DNA from: a virus | DNA: 64,000 nucleotides | Strand: one strand, 5' to 3' | IMG/VR virus record: IMGVR_UViG_3300049427_000004 | Span: 1 to 64,000 of that record | Part shown: in pieces, positions 1 to 10,600 of the stretch | Layout: every line of letters begins with the position of its first letter | How positions within the stretch are numbered: the stretch's first letter is position 1 | Position numbers and translations under genes: made by a program | The notes under the pieces: model-generated | The model's input: only the letters and a program-made list of their open reading frames with translations | Told to the model about the DNA's origin: nothing | Database searches by the model: none

Positions 1-528
1 CCAAACGAAGCGGTTGTGATGACAGGTGGCGCACTAGCTGCTTCTGGCATTTTATTGCCTATACCTGCATTTATCATGACCTTCCTCGGTATTTGCTCAG
101 CAATGACATTTGGTTACAGCATCGGAAGATTTGCGGGAAGCAAGCTCTCTGATTGGTTTAAAAGAAAAAAGAATATCGGCAAATTTGTTGCCAAGTCTGA
201 ACAGCTGAGCGAACGCTACGGCGGATATGCAATCAGCCTAAGCCTTTGCCTTCCTTTCTTGAGACATGTCACGCCTTATGTGATGGGCATGAACCGAATG
301 CCTTACAAACGTTTTGTCCTTTTTGCATATCCATCAGCATTTATCTGGACGCTCATATACTTCATTATCGGTTCCATAGTTGGAGATCAAGTGCAGGATC
401 TATCCGATCACATTTACCGCTACGGCATGTGGATCATATACGTTCTCGCTGCAGTCGTTGTTGGCTTTATCGCTTATAAATACATTAAAGGCAAGAACAA
501 AGAGGATCAGATCGAACGGCCGATGTAG
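1..528 (+). CDS. DedA family membrane protein (5' partial, host)
   Basis: Frame is open from base 1 (PNEAVVMTGG); DedA-like motifs FGYSIGRFAG and LPFLRHVTPYVMG..MPYKRF. Confidence 0.85.
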   Translation, partial: PNEAVVMTGGALAASGILLPIPAFIMTFLGICSAMTFGYSIGRFAGSKLSDWFKRKKNIGKFVAKSEQLSERYGGYAISLSLCLPFLRHVTPYVMGMNRMPYKRFVLFAYPSAFIWTLIYFIIGSIVGDQVQDLSDHIYRYGMWIIYVLAAVVVGFIAYKYIKGKNKEDQIERPM

Positions 529-541
529 CCGCTCCCTATCC

Positions 542-572
542 AGAACCATCGCAAACAGCGATGGTTCTTTTT
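542..572 (+). terminator. Rho-independent terminator after dedA
   Basis: 11-bp stem AGAACCATCGC/GCGATGGTTCT, 5-nt loop, T-run. Confidence 0.85.
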
Positions 573-798
573 GATTTTCACAACATTTTATCCAATGTGA
601 AGCTATCTAGCGATAGAGGGTGAAATGAGATGATGTAAGCGCATAACCGGACGTTCGATCTAAAATATCACATCTTTATTTGTTGTATAATTACGCACAG
701 TGTGCATCGGCCCCGACTTTCCTGAGAGTGGAACGTCAACGTAAGAAATAACATCAACTAAAGCTTTTCAAACTACTATCCAAGGAGGCTTTTTTGCT

Positions 799-2250
799 TT
801 GCTCTTACAGCTAAAAAAATCATGGTTTTCTAACGTGCGCGGCGACGTATTGGCTGGAATTACGGTTGCCTTAGCACTCATTCCCGAATCGATCTCATTC
901 TCGCTAATGGTCGGCGTGGGTCCGATGGTTGGATTATACGCTTCGTTCTGCATCGCAGTCATTATCTCGATTGTTGGCGGAAGGCCCGGCATGATCTCAG
1001 CTGCAACAGGCGCGATGGCATTGCTCATGGTTTCGCTTGTCAAAGACCATGGTATCGAGTACCTTTTTGCCGCTACGATTTTGGCTGGCGTACTGCAATA
1101 TGTGATGGGTGTTTTAAAGCTCGGGCAGCTTATTCAATTCGTGCCGCAATCCGTCATGCTCGGCTTTGTGAATGCGCTTGGCATTCTCATCTTCACTACG
1201 CAGCTCGTTCATTTTGTAGGGGCGAGCTGGATCATGTACGCGCTCGTTGCACTAACACTCGTCATCATCTATACGCTGCCAAAGTTCACAAAGATCATCC
1301 CGTCACCGCTCGCTGCAATTATTATCGTATCTCTCATTGCAGTTGCGATAGGCGCCGATCTTAAAACCGTTGGGGATAGAGGCTTAATCGAGAGTACATT
1401 GCCCTTGTTTCACATTCCAGATGTGCTGTTCTCGTTCAAAACGTTGTGGATCATTTTGCCATACTCGTTCTCCCTTTCGATCGTCGGCATTTTGGAGTCG
1501 CTGTTAACGGCCTCGGTGCTTGATGAAATGACGGATACGACTAGCAATAAAAATAAAGAGGTTCGGGGTCAAGGCATCGCGAATATCGCAACAGGCTTCT
1601 TTGGCGGTATGGCAGGCTGCGCTTTGATTGGACAATCGGTCATTAACACGAAATCCGGAGGCCGTTCAAGACTATCCACTTTTGTTGCCGGCTCCTTCCT
1701 GCTCTTTCTCATTATGGCTTTAAGTGATGTCGTCAACAAAATCCCGATGGCTGCTCTGGTGGGCGTTATGATTATGGTCGCCATCAGCACCTTCGACTGG
1801 AAATCTGTTTATCAAATTCACAAGGTACCGCGAACGGATGCATTGATTATGATCGTTACGGTCGTAATCGTGCTGATCACGCATGATTTGTCCAAAGGCG
1901 TTTTTGCCGGCGTCGTGCTGAGCGCATTTGTTTTTGTTGGGAAAATGGCAAAAATACGTGTCTCTACTGCTGTCGACAAATCAAATACACTTACGTATCG
2001 AATTTCCGGCCAGTTGTTTTTTGGAACGACAAGCCGCTTCGTATCCCTTTTCGATTATCAAGAAGACCCTAGTAAGGTCACCCTTGATTTCAGCGGCTCG
2101 CATGTTTGGGATCAATCCGCAGTAACAGCAATTGCAAAGGTTAAGAGCAAGTACGAGCAATTAAATAAACAAGTAACGTTCATCGGTCTTAATGAAGAGA
2201 GCAAGCTCATTATCCGCAATCTTGGCCTAACCTCTTCAAGCGGCCATTAA
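799..2250 (+). CDS. SulP family inorganic anion transporter with C-terminal STAS domain (host)
   Basis: GDVLAGITVALALIPESI, GGRPGMISAATGAM, GQSVINTKSGGRSRLS and STAS-like LFFG...DFSGSHVWDQSA; AAGGAGG RBS at 782-788. Confidence 0.93.
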   Translation: MLLQLKKSWFSNVRGDVLAGITVALALIPESISFSLMVGVGPMVGLYASFCIAVIISIVGGRPGMISAATGAMALLMVSLVKDHGIEYLFAATILAGVLQYVMGVLKLGQLIQFVPQSVMLGFVNALGILIFTTQLVHFVGASWIMYALVALTLVIIYTLPKFTKIIPSPLAAIIIVSLIAVAIGADLKTVGDRGLIESTLPLFHIPDVLFSFKTLWIILPYSFSLSIVGILESLLTASVLDEMTDTTSNKNKEVRGQGIANIATGFFGGMAGCALIGQSVINTKSGGRSRLSTFVAGSFLLFLIMALSDVVNKIPMAALVGVMIMVAISTFDWKSVYQIHKVPRTDALIMIVTVVIVLITHDLSKGVFAGVVLSAFVFVGKMAKIRVSTAVDKSNTLTYRISGQLFFGTTSRFVSLFDYQEDPSKVTLDFSGSHVWDQSAVTAIAKVKSKYEQLNKQVTFIGLNEESKLIIRNLGLTSSSGH

Positions 2251-2254
2251 GCTC

Positions 2255-2305
2255 AAAAAAAGCTCATGCTAGTACACCTTTAAGGTGTACTGGCATGAGC
2301 TTTTT
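2255..2305. terminator. Bidirectional terminator between convergent host genes
   Basis: Long inverted repeat AAAAAGCTCATGCTAGTACACC / GGTGTACTGGCATGAGCTTTTT with A- and T-runs at both ends. Confidence 0.9.
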
Positions 2306-2316
2306 CTCACGGCGTC

Positions 2317-2592
2317 TTATTCGGCTTTAACTAGCTTCTCTTTCGCTGTTTCAACGAGGAAGTCAAACAGCTCGTCATCCTCTTCCAGCAGATCCTCTAA
2401 TGCAAGCAGTTGTTCCTCTTTGCCTGATTCATGCAAGAAAAACAAGCCATAACCCCACTCTTTGCCTTTCTTGCTGTGCAAGGCGATTTCGTATTCATTT
2501 ACATGTCCTTCTACTCCAAAATGAACCTTGCCCACATAACCGTCTTCCTTCGAATACGTCATGGATGCCTCTAATACATTGATGTTAATCAC
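2317..2592 (-). CDS. Hypothetical protein (host)
   Basis: 91-aa ORF with AGGAAG RBS, host-like GC. Confidence 0.75.
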   Translation of the reverse strand: MININVLEASMTYSKEDGYVGKVHFGVEGHVNEYEIALHSKKGKEWGYGLFFLHESGKEEQLLALEDLLEEDDELFDFLVETAKEKLVKAE

Positions 2593-2618
2593 TGCTATTC
2601 TTCCTTCCTATCTGTTCG

Positions 2619-3059
2619 TTACGGCGTGAGCTGGTTGATTTGGCCTAACAGCTCGTTAATTTTGTTAATCGTATCCGGAATACCCGTTGATTCAAATGCA
2701 GCTCTTCCTTGCTCTATATTCGTGAGAGCTTGATCGAGACCCTTCTGAAGCGTCGTATTGTATTCGGCAATCGAATGGTGAAGATCCTTGGCGTAGTCTG
2801 GCACCTGGAGCCCCTCATAATTCACGACCTGCTCCTTCAGTGCGAGCAGCCGCTCCTTCAGATCGGTTCTTGCATCCAGGTCAGTCATCGCTTTCTCTGC
2901 AAGTGCATTCATATCTTGTCCGAAGTCCGTTAACGATTGTAAGTAATCCGTCGTTTCTGTTGCAAAATTTACCGTTTGACCTACTTCATTCATAATACCA
3001 CAGCCGGCTGTAAGAAGCATTATAGAGAGCATAAGCAACGTTACACTTCGTTTAATCAT
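2619..3059 (-). CDS. Lipoprotein (host)
   Basis: GGAGG RBS before ATG at 3059; signal peptide with lipobox LTAGC; helical acidic body. Confidence 0.8.
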   Translation of the reverse strand: MIKRSVTLLMLSIMLLTAGCGIMNEVGQTVNFATETTDYLQSLTDFGQDMNALAEKAMTDLDARTDLKERLLALKEQVVNYEGLQVPDYAKDLHHSIAEYNTTLQKGLDQALTNIEQGRAAFESTGIPDTINKINELLGQINQLTP

Positions 3060-3100
3060 CCGAACCCTCCTCATTATCTAGTGGCGCCGCCGCAGGGCGA

Positions 3101-3128
3101 ACGCCTATCCCTGTTCATGCATACATTA
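3101..3128 (+). promoter_or_regulatory. Putative sigmaK (mother-cell) promoter of the disrupted membrane-protein gene
   Basis: AC (3101-3102) - 17 nt - CATACATTA (3120-3128) matches the sigmaK consensus AC-N17-CATANNNTA; AAGGAG RBS at 3168-3173. Confidence 0.55.
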
Positions 3129-3182
3129 CAGTACGAAATTTGCTTACTCTGGTTTCGTGTATGTCACAAGGAGATGATCGGG

Positions 3183-4481
3183 ATGGTAATTCAATTATCG
3201 GCGCTTCACTGGGTTTATTTAGGCTTTATTATCGCCATTATTGGATTTATGCTGATGCGGCGCGATACTACGCTTATATGTATTGCGGGGATTTTAGGAA
3301 TCGGCATTCTTGCAACCACATCGGCAAGCGGTTCTGTAAGCGGTATTTTTAACAGCTTTATTTTTGCGATAAAAGAATTGCTAGGCACGATCTTAATCAT
3401 ATCTATCATCGTTGCCATGAGCCGCGTGCTCATTCGAACCGGCATAAACGAGATTATGATATCACCCTTCACCCGTTTCCTCCGCACCCCTACACTTGCC
3501 TTCTGGGGAATTGGGCTCATTATGATGGTAACCTCGTTCTTCTTCTGGCCTTCTCCAGCGGTTGCCCTCATAGGAGCTGTGCTGCTGCCCGTTGCCATAA
3601 GAGTCGGCTTGCCGGCGCTTGGAGCCGCGGTAGCGATGAACCTGTTCGGTCACGGCATTGCCCTGTCGGGCGATTATATCATTCAGGGAGCGCCAAAACT
3701 CACAGCGGATGCCGCTGGAATACCTGTTAGCTCGGTTATGCAAGCCAGCATTCCATTAGTCATAGTGATGGGTGCTGTTACGACGGTAGCTGCTTTCTGG
3801 TTTATGCGGCGGGATCAAAAACTAGGAACGTGGCGTGATGGGCTTATTGCCGCGACGGATGTCAAAACGAGTGTCTCAGACATGAGTGAAGAGTCCGACC
3901 GCAATGCATTGTCTTTGGGAACCAAACGCTTGCTAGCAGCCATTATTCCCCTCCTGTTTGCTCTTGATGTGGTTGCCATGTTCGTGCTTAATCTTCAAGG
4001 CGGTGATGCAACGGCTCTTATCGGCGGAACTGCCATTTTAATTATGCTTCTTATTACGATGATGACGCATAAGGGCAAAGGCTTCGAGAAAACGACCAGC
4101 TATTTAATAGAAGGTTTCGTATTCGGCTTTAAAGTGTTTGGCCCCGTTATTCCGATTGCGGCATTCTTCTATTTGGGCGACTCCGGGTTTCTCGCCCTAT
4201 TCGGCGAGAAGCTGCCCGAAGCATCGCATGGTATCGTCAATGACTTGGGTGTAGCGCTTGCTCATGTCGTGCCGGTAAACGGTGTCGTCGGCTCAATCAC
4301 CTTAACGATCGTTGGCGCTGTCACGGGCCTTGACGGCTCAGGCTTCTCCGGCATATCGCTGGCGGGCTCCATCGCTCAGTTATTCGGGCATGCCATTGGA
4401 TCAGGCCTAGCTACATTAACGGCTCTTGGGCAGGTTGCGGCCATTTGGGTGGGCGGCGGTACCATTATACCTTGGGCGCTT
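3183..4481 (+). pseudogene. Polytopic membrane protein (permease-like) 5' part, interrupted by the prophage; reads on into a 38-aa phage-derived tail ending at 4595
   Basis: Hydrophobic host-like sequence runs to GGGTIIPWAL, then switches to AT-rich, non-membrane HIIHRIMHKVND...; start ATG 3183 lies 9 nt after AAGGAG. Confidence 0.8.
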
Positions 4482-4510
4482 CATATAATACATCGCATTA
4501 TGCACAAGGT
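4455..4510. other. Left prophage attachment junction (att), crossover near 4479-4482
   Basis: Abrupt GC drop at TGGGCGCTT|CATATAATAC, about 100 bp from the integrase stop; exact core cannot be fixed without the other att. Confidence 0.65.
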
Positions 4511-4577
4511 TAATGACCAATATACACATACAAATCAGCTTCTAGCAAAGATCGCTAGTATTTTACACATTATACCC

Positions 4578-6083
4578 CTAAAGAAAATTTACTGATATTG
4601 TTGGTTGCTCATCCATACTAATTCTTCGCCACTCTATCCTGTTTATAATACTTTTAAGTGCTCGATTTTTTTCCTTGATGTCTACTTTATGATTACGCAT
4701 TATCTTGAGTACATCTTCAATATTTAAAAGTAAATCCTCATTCTTTGTATCAGCGGCTCTTTCTATTTGGACTGCCATTAAAGTATACTCGTCTTCTAAA
4801 ATTTTAAGTTCAGCTTTAGCTTTTTTTAGTCTGTCTCTAAATATAGAATCATTTTCGTCTTCATCTTCTGAATACAGCAAATTCTCTTGATTACGATAAA
4901 TTTTCTCGATTCTCTTTTCATGTAGTTTTATGTCTTTTAATTTTGTGTTTGCTATTTTTTGCAGTTCATTGATCTCTTCTCCTGACACACCTTCAGAGAT
5001 AGCTTTCATTATATGCTCTTTTTTTCTGACTAATGCTCCGCTTATTACTTCAGCAATAGCTGTAGAACTTCCACCTAAGTTTAAACACCTAACTCCAAAA
5101 GCATCATGAGTTTTACAAGAACGGATAGAATCATTCGGTCTAGATTTTTGTTTCTGAATTTGCAGTGTTTTACTGCATAATGAACAATAGAGTAATCCAG
5201 AATATATGTGTTTTCCTGCTCTACTTGCTTTACTACTTCTCTTGGATCTATTGGCTAAGAAAACAATTTTATCATGTTCTTCCTGTGTTTTCACTGCCTC
5301 ATGACAATTTTTGTATACAATCCATTTTTCTTTTTCTTTAAAAACCTTGTCTCCATTCACAGTCTTAGAAGACTTACCAACTACCATGTGTCCTAGATGA
5401 ACTTCGTCTTGAAGCAAATTGCCAACCACAACATGACTCCATAGCACACCTTTAGGAGATGGAATAGTTAATTTATTGAGTTCCCATGCAATATCTGTAA
5501 AAGTCCACCCTTGTAAGCACAATTCTACCATCATTCTGTACACTGATTTGTGTTCTGGATTTGGTACGGCTATTTTCTTTTCTTTGTCACGAAAGTAGGG
5601 GTAAGGTGGTATTCCATTTGACCAAAACCCAAGTTTTGCGTTTCTGGCTTTTCCTTGCTTAAAGCGTCTTGAAATTTGTTTATACTCCATACGAGACATT
5701 AAACCTTCAAACTCTGCCATTAACAAATCTGTTTCATTAGTGAAATCATATACCTTTTGAGGAGTTACTAACAGTGTTTCTGTTCTTCCTAATGCTTTTT
5801 GAATTCTTGCTCTATCTACTGCATCACCACGACTTAGCCTATCTATGTGTACAGCACATATGGCATCAAACATGCCGAGTTCTACATCAGATAATAATTC
5901 TGTCATAACAGGCCTTAATTCAATGGAGTCTGCTGTTCCAATCTCACTATAAACTGTATATGTCCAGTTATTTTCTTCGCATAATTTAACTAACTCACCA
6001 AGATGTTTTTCTAGGTCATGCTCGACATCACCTCTAGATTTCCTTACGTAAATTGCTACATATTTTACATTATATTGCGTCAC
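4578..6083 (-). CDS. Large serine recombinase (integrase, SprA/SpoIVCA-like)
   Basis: AIYVRKS catalytic motif, DRLSR, recombinase domain, Zn-ribbon YSGLLYCSLC, coiled coil; likely GTG start at 6083 after AAAGGAG. Confidence 0.95.
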   Translation of the reverse strand: MTQYNVKYVAIYVRKSRGDVEHDLEKHLGELVKLCEENNWTYTVYSEIGTADSIELRPVMTELLSDVELGMFDAICAVHIDRLSRGDAVDRARIQKALGRTETLLVTPQKVYDFTNETDLLMAEFEGLMSRMEYKQISRRFKQGKARNAKLGFWSNGIPPYPYFRDKEKKIAVPNPEHKSVYRMMVELCLQGWTFTDIAWELNKLTIPSPKGVLWSHVVVGNLLQDEVHLGHMVVGKSSKTVNGDKVFKEKEKWIVYKNCHEAVKTQEEHDKIVFLANRSKRSSKASRAGKHIYSGLLYCSLCSKTLQIQKQKSRPNDSIRSCKTHDAFGVRCLNLGGSSTAIAEVISGALVRKKEHIMKAISEGVSGEEINELQKIANTKLKDIKLHEKRIEKIYRNQENLLYSEDEDENDSIFRDRLKKAKAELKILEDEYTLMAVQIERAADTKNEDLLLNIEDVLKIMRNHKVDIKEKNRALKSIINRIEWRRISMDEQPTISVNFL

Positions 6084-6130
6084 GTTGAAAGTAACTCCTT
6101 TCGTTGTCATTTACGAAACTATTAGATTGA

Positions 6131-6159
6131 ATTATACAACATCCAGTATCTATGTTCAA
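6131..6159 (-). promoter_or_regulatory. sigmaA promoter of the integrase
   Basis: TTGAAC-17-TATAAT on the minus strand. Confidence 0.75.
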
Positions 6160-6183
6160 TGATATGTCATCATATGCATAAAG

Positions 6184-6212
6184 TGAAAAGCACATATAAT
6201 TATGTGCTTTCA
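6184..6212 (-). terminator. Stem-loop at the end of the 54-aa ORF, separating it from the integrase
   Basis: 10-bp stem AAAGCACATA/TATGTGCTTT, 4-nt loop, followed by T-rich sequence on the minus strand. Confidence 0.6.
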
Positions 6213-6364
6213 TGTTTGGCTTTACTATTTGCTTTTAGCAATATTTTTATGAATTCTTTACAATTTTCAATACTAGGAGTTCCATTAATAATCATTTTCA
6301 CACCTGAAGGTAGTACCTCGATAATTTGGTCTACGTCTTGTTGTAAATTAGCTTCGTCCATCAT
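6200..6364 (-). CDS. 54-aa protein, candidate recombination directionality factor (SprB-like)
   Basis: Not in the ORF track; AGGAGG RBS; MMDEANLQQDVDQIIEVLPSGVKMIINGTPSIENCKEFIKILLKANSKAKHEST; directly upstream of the integrase. RDF role inferred from size and position only. Confidence 0.55.
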   Translation of the reverse strand: MMDEANLQQDVDQIIEVLPSGVKMIINGTPSIENCKEFIKILLKANSKAKHEST

Positions 6365-6465
6365 CCATACACAACCTCCTGCACGGTGTTAGTTGTGTAT
6401 GGATATGATGAAAGCAGTATTTTTTTGTCTGTCCAACTAAAATAATGTTTATTCTTCTCTATCAT
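6361..6465 (-). CDS. 34-aa leader ORF overlapping the start of the candidate RDF
   Basis: AAGGG RBS 8 nt before ATG 6465; its TGA (6363-6361) overlaps ATGATG of the next ORF. Confidence 0.4.
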   Translation of the reverse strand: MIEKNKHYFSWTDKKILLSSYPYTTNTVQEVVYG

Positions 6466-6575
6466 TTAATAATCCCTTCTTTATAGGATAAAAATGTTTT
6501 AAACACACTCTTCTCGAATTAATAAATGTATTTTCATATTTCACACTTTAATGGGTTTCTTTTAAAAGATCTGTC

Positions 6576-7211
6576 TTATGTTACTAACTCATTAATCCAA
6601 TCTCGTGTCTGAATCAAACTTTCTTTGTTTATGTATCCTCTATGTAGATATAATTTTGGAGATTCTAAACTAAATCCATCAATATCATATTTATAGTTTG
6701 TTCTTAATAATTTACTTTTAATTTCTATTCCAATCATTTCACAGTCTTCTCTACTTAGGCTAGATTTGTCATAGGCTTCAGCAAACTTGATAAAATCATT
6801 TATATGTATAAAGTAAGTTATATTTGGATAGTTCTTCTTCTTAGTATTTCGTTCTCTGAAATTGACCACAAATCCACCAATGACTCCATGTACTTCAACT
6901 GCGTTCATCAATTCTTCAACCTGTTTAGCCTTAATCATTACTTGAGTTTTTTTGTTCTCTGGTTTTTCATATGGTTTCTTTGGATTAAAGCTCACACCTG
7001 TTCCCTTAGTACTTTTTAGTTCAAGCACCCAAATGAATGGCGATTTGAACTGTAGTGAATCAAAAGGGTTTTCGGGAGTAAAGGTTGAACCTTCACCCCT
7101 TTGCCATTTAGCAGCATCTTTTAATCTTAAATAGTAAATGGGTAATTTCCCATAGCTATTCTTCCAACATGTTTCAAATATTTTACCTGCGTTTGTTTTA
7201 CTATTACTCAC
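6576..7211 (-). CDS. RecU-like Holliday junction resolvase
   Basis: GKIFE...FDSLQF...LELKSTKG nuclease motif; GTG start after GAGGTGG. Confidence 0.8.
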   Translation of the reverse strand: MSNSKTNAGKIFETCWKNSYGKLPIYYLRLKDAAKWQRGEGSTFTPENPFDSLQFKSPFIWVLELKSTKGTGVSFNPKKPYEKPENKKTQVMIKAKQVEELMNAVEVHGVIGGFVVNFRERNTKKKNYPNITYFIHINDFIKFAEAYDKSSLSREDCEMIGIEIKSKLLRTNYKYDIDGFSLESPKLYLHRGYINKESLIQTRDWINELVT

Positions 7212-7407
7212 CTTCCACCTCTTCTCCTGCCACTCTCCGTACCAGACCATACTTTTCTATTAGCGCTTCAATGTCATCCTTAACCACATCTCCATCTGGT
7301 GTTTCGAGATAGAAATTCCCTTCATAGATTTCCTCACCTGTGACTGCACAATTATGTATTACCTCGGCTTCCTGCAAATCCTTAATGCCAAACGAAAATC
7401 GATCCAT
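7204..7407 (-). CDS. Small phage protein (YqaI-like)
   Basis: CAVTGEEIYEG motif; GGAGG RBS. Confidence 0.6.
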   Translation of the reverse strand: MDRFSFGIKDLQEAEVIHNCAVTGEEIYEGNFYLETPDGDVVKDDIEALIEKYGLVRRVAGEEVEGE

Positions 7408-7408
7408 T

Positions 7409-7669
7409 TTATGCTCCTCCGATACTTCTTTTTGTCGTGTGAAAAAAATTCACATTACTCTTAATACCATTCCCAAAAGATCCCAAAGTATAAGCGTTTC
7501 TTGGTCTAATATATGATTTATATATGATTCTATCTTTTGATATTTTACTGTTTAAAATATGTTTGTCGAATGATTTTTCATTTCTAAATGAAAGTGTGAT
7601 TTTATCACCTTTTAGATCTAAATACTGAATATAAAACTTAGTGTTATCAAGGGTTTTAAGCTTGCTCAT
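7409..7669 (-). CDS. Hypothetical phage protein
   Basis: 86-aa ORF with GAGGAG RBS. Confidence 0.65.
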   Translation of the reverse strand: MSKLKTLDNTKFYIQYLDLKGDKITLSFRNEKSFDKHILNSKISKDRIIYKSYIRPRNAYTLGSFGNGIKSNVNFFHTTKRSIGGA

Positions 7670-7683
7670 TCCAACATCTCCTC

Positions 7684-10600
7684 TTATATTTTTGTTCGTT
7701 CGGATTTTGTCTTGAATGAACCATCTATTAAGACATCAGTAATCAGCATTGTTGTATGTTCAATTTTTTTATCATTTATCTTTGTGTCTTTATAAACTTT
7801 TGGAACAAATTGTGATCCTCTACGATATCCGAAAATGACTAACTTGTTCCCTCGTGTAAACCAACTTTTTTCCAATATTTCTTTTTTATCCTGAGTGATA
7901 GGTTTAGATACTTGCTTGTTGTATTGTGCAAATGCTCCATCATAATACTTGACTGTAACAACTCCATCAGGAGTGAGCAGAGTAACAGTATGCTTGTTCT
8001 TATCTCTATCCAATACTGTTCCGACGATTGCACTTATCTTAAACTTCGGTCTTGTTCCACCATCACGGAATTGAAAATAATCAACTATTTCAACTTCTTC
8101 AGGTAAATTCGAAAAACTACTAATACCTAACATTTCATTCTTGATGTTTAAAAGTTCATGCTCACCATAATAAAAAGACAATGAATCCATTTCCCATTTA
8201 CTTGTTGAACCTGATGCATTTGAGTTCCATTCTTCATTGAATAAATGTCTGTTAACAAGTTCAAGTGTTTGTGGATTTGTTAACCAATCTTTAATTCCAT
8301 CCATCTTTTTATCATACTCTTTTTTAAATAACTTCTCTGAAATAAGCGCATAACCTCGAAGATAATCAACTACTGATCCATCAGAGAAGTGTTCATCAAA
8401 ATAAGGTTGTGACTTTGAATCTAGAAGATACTGCTTATCTTTCTTATCAGTGGTGCTATGTATTTTCTTTATTACATACTTTCTAAATTTGTATAGACTT
8501 GCGTATGACTTTAACTCATCAGGAATCAAATTATTCTCAACAAGCATATTAAAATTTTGCATGTTCAACTTTTCTTTAGGTGAGAATATTTTATTAATGA
8601 ATTTTCTCATCACTGCAAAACGATCATCGAAAGAGTCAAAGCAACCTGCTTTAATCAATTGTATAACATGAGATTTCTTTACTGTGGATGTATCGTACAA
8701 TCTAATTAAGAAGTCTTCGAAAGATGAATATGGTCTTTTTGAAACAATATGCTGTACAATATCATCACCAATTCCAACCACGCCCTTTAATCCATAAACA
8801 ATTTCGTTTGCTTCGGTGTCAGGTTTGAAACCAAAAGCAGCTTTATTGATATCAGGTAAACCAATGTTAACATTATGTGATTTTAACATTCCGATTGCTG
8901 AGGCCACTTTTCCATAATCAGTGGATTTATTTTTTCGATCCTCTTCATCAATATCCTCTTGTTCATCACTACTTGAGGAGTTGACTGTTAAAACAGCTGT
9001 ATTCCAATATAGCGGATTGTATTTGTTAAATAAATTAACCTCTTGTATTCCGATGATGGTATACACAATATTATGTAAATCAGAGAAAGAGTATCCAATT
9101 TGCCGTTTAACTTGAACGTTCCAAACGTAGTTGAGCAAATGAATTGATGTTCCAGCCTTTTCTCCACTACTGTAAAACAAATCCTTAGCAGTTTCCAAAT
9201 AGTCTTTATCCTTTTTAGCTATAGCTTTTCTTAGAACGTTGGCATCAGCTACAGAACAATTGCCTATCTTTACATCCATTACAATAATCATAATAGACTC
9301 TTGTGAATCAGCTACACCATACTTAGCAAGCAAATGTTTTTCCATAATGGTGATTTCATCGACTGTTAAATTTGCTTCTCGCATTTCTTCATACCAGAAC
9401 TCAATATTTTCTTTGTGTTTTACATATAGATCAACTGGTTGAATTGCTCCACTTTCAGCCATCAGCCTCATTAGTGAATTGGCTACAGACATTTCTAGTA
9501 CGTTTGTTGGTTTGGTTTTTCGTATTGTCTCAATTCCAATTTGAGTATTAAACTGAAATAAATCGATTACTTCATTATTACCTATTCTATTCCACACTTC
9601 AGGACTCTTATAGTCTAGTGTGTCAGGATGGATATACTTTTTATAGGTTTGCTTAAGACTTCCTTGCCATTCAATTTCATTGTATTCTACTAGTAAGTTT
9701 AATGTTTCTCGCATTTTATCCATACCTTCAACCGTAAGGAAATCATACTTTATTCCACCCATATACTCACTATCTGACATAGAAAATTGAGTTGTCCACT
9801 GACCACTAGGTGCTCTCATCATGGCATTCTTTTTTGTGAAGTCTTCATTATACACAAATACACCACTAGCATGAATACTTCGTTTATTGACTAAACCTTC
9901 TATTTTTAATGCAGTTTCCTTTAATCTGTCGTGTTTTTCTATTTCGTTTATAAATTCAACAACAGGCTTCCTGTTTTCATTTTCATCCCCATATAAGCAA
10001 TCTGATAAACTCCAATTTTGACCCCTTTCCCATGGAATTAGTGAAGCAATATGAGCAGCAGTATCGCTATCTATGCCCAACCCCCTACAAGACGTTAGAA
10101 CAGCACTCTTAGACTTTTCAGTTCCGAATGTCGCTATATTCAATACCTTTCTCTCTCCAAAACGATCCTTTAAAGCCTTGAGTATCGTTTGACGCTTTGA
10201 CGCTTCACTATCTATATCAATATCAGGAAAGTCAGGTCTACTCTTATGTAAATGTCTCCAGTGTGGCAAATCGTATTTCATAGGATCTACTTGTGTAATA
10301 TCTAACAGGTAGTTGATGTAGAAACCAGCTGCCGAACCACGACCTGCACCAACTATAGAGTTTCCTCCACAATCGTCCCATATGATATTTATGATTTCAC
10401 GGATGGTTACATAGTAAGCTGACATCGCTTGGTTCATAGACAGTGATATGTGCCACAACTCTTCTAGTTCAATGTTGATTCGACTTAATATTTTATAAAA
10501 GTATTCTTTGGAAAGTGTATTTCTTGGTACTTTCTCGTCAAATCCATCTTCAATCAATTTCACCAGAAAACGGTCTTGATCTTCTTTAGAGTTTGACATT

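Noticed and set aside
2976-3182. N-terminal extension of the 539-aa track ORF
   Set aside because: Overlaps the divergent lipoprotein gene and the promoter; the RBS supports ATG 3183.
4482-4595. C-terminal 38 aa as a genuine part of the membrane protein
   Set aside because: AT-rich, non-hydrophobic read-through into phage att DNA.
6159-6392. 77-aa plus-strand ORF
   Set aside because: No RBS; it is the shadow of the minus-strand 54-aa ORF, which has AGGAGG.
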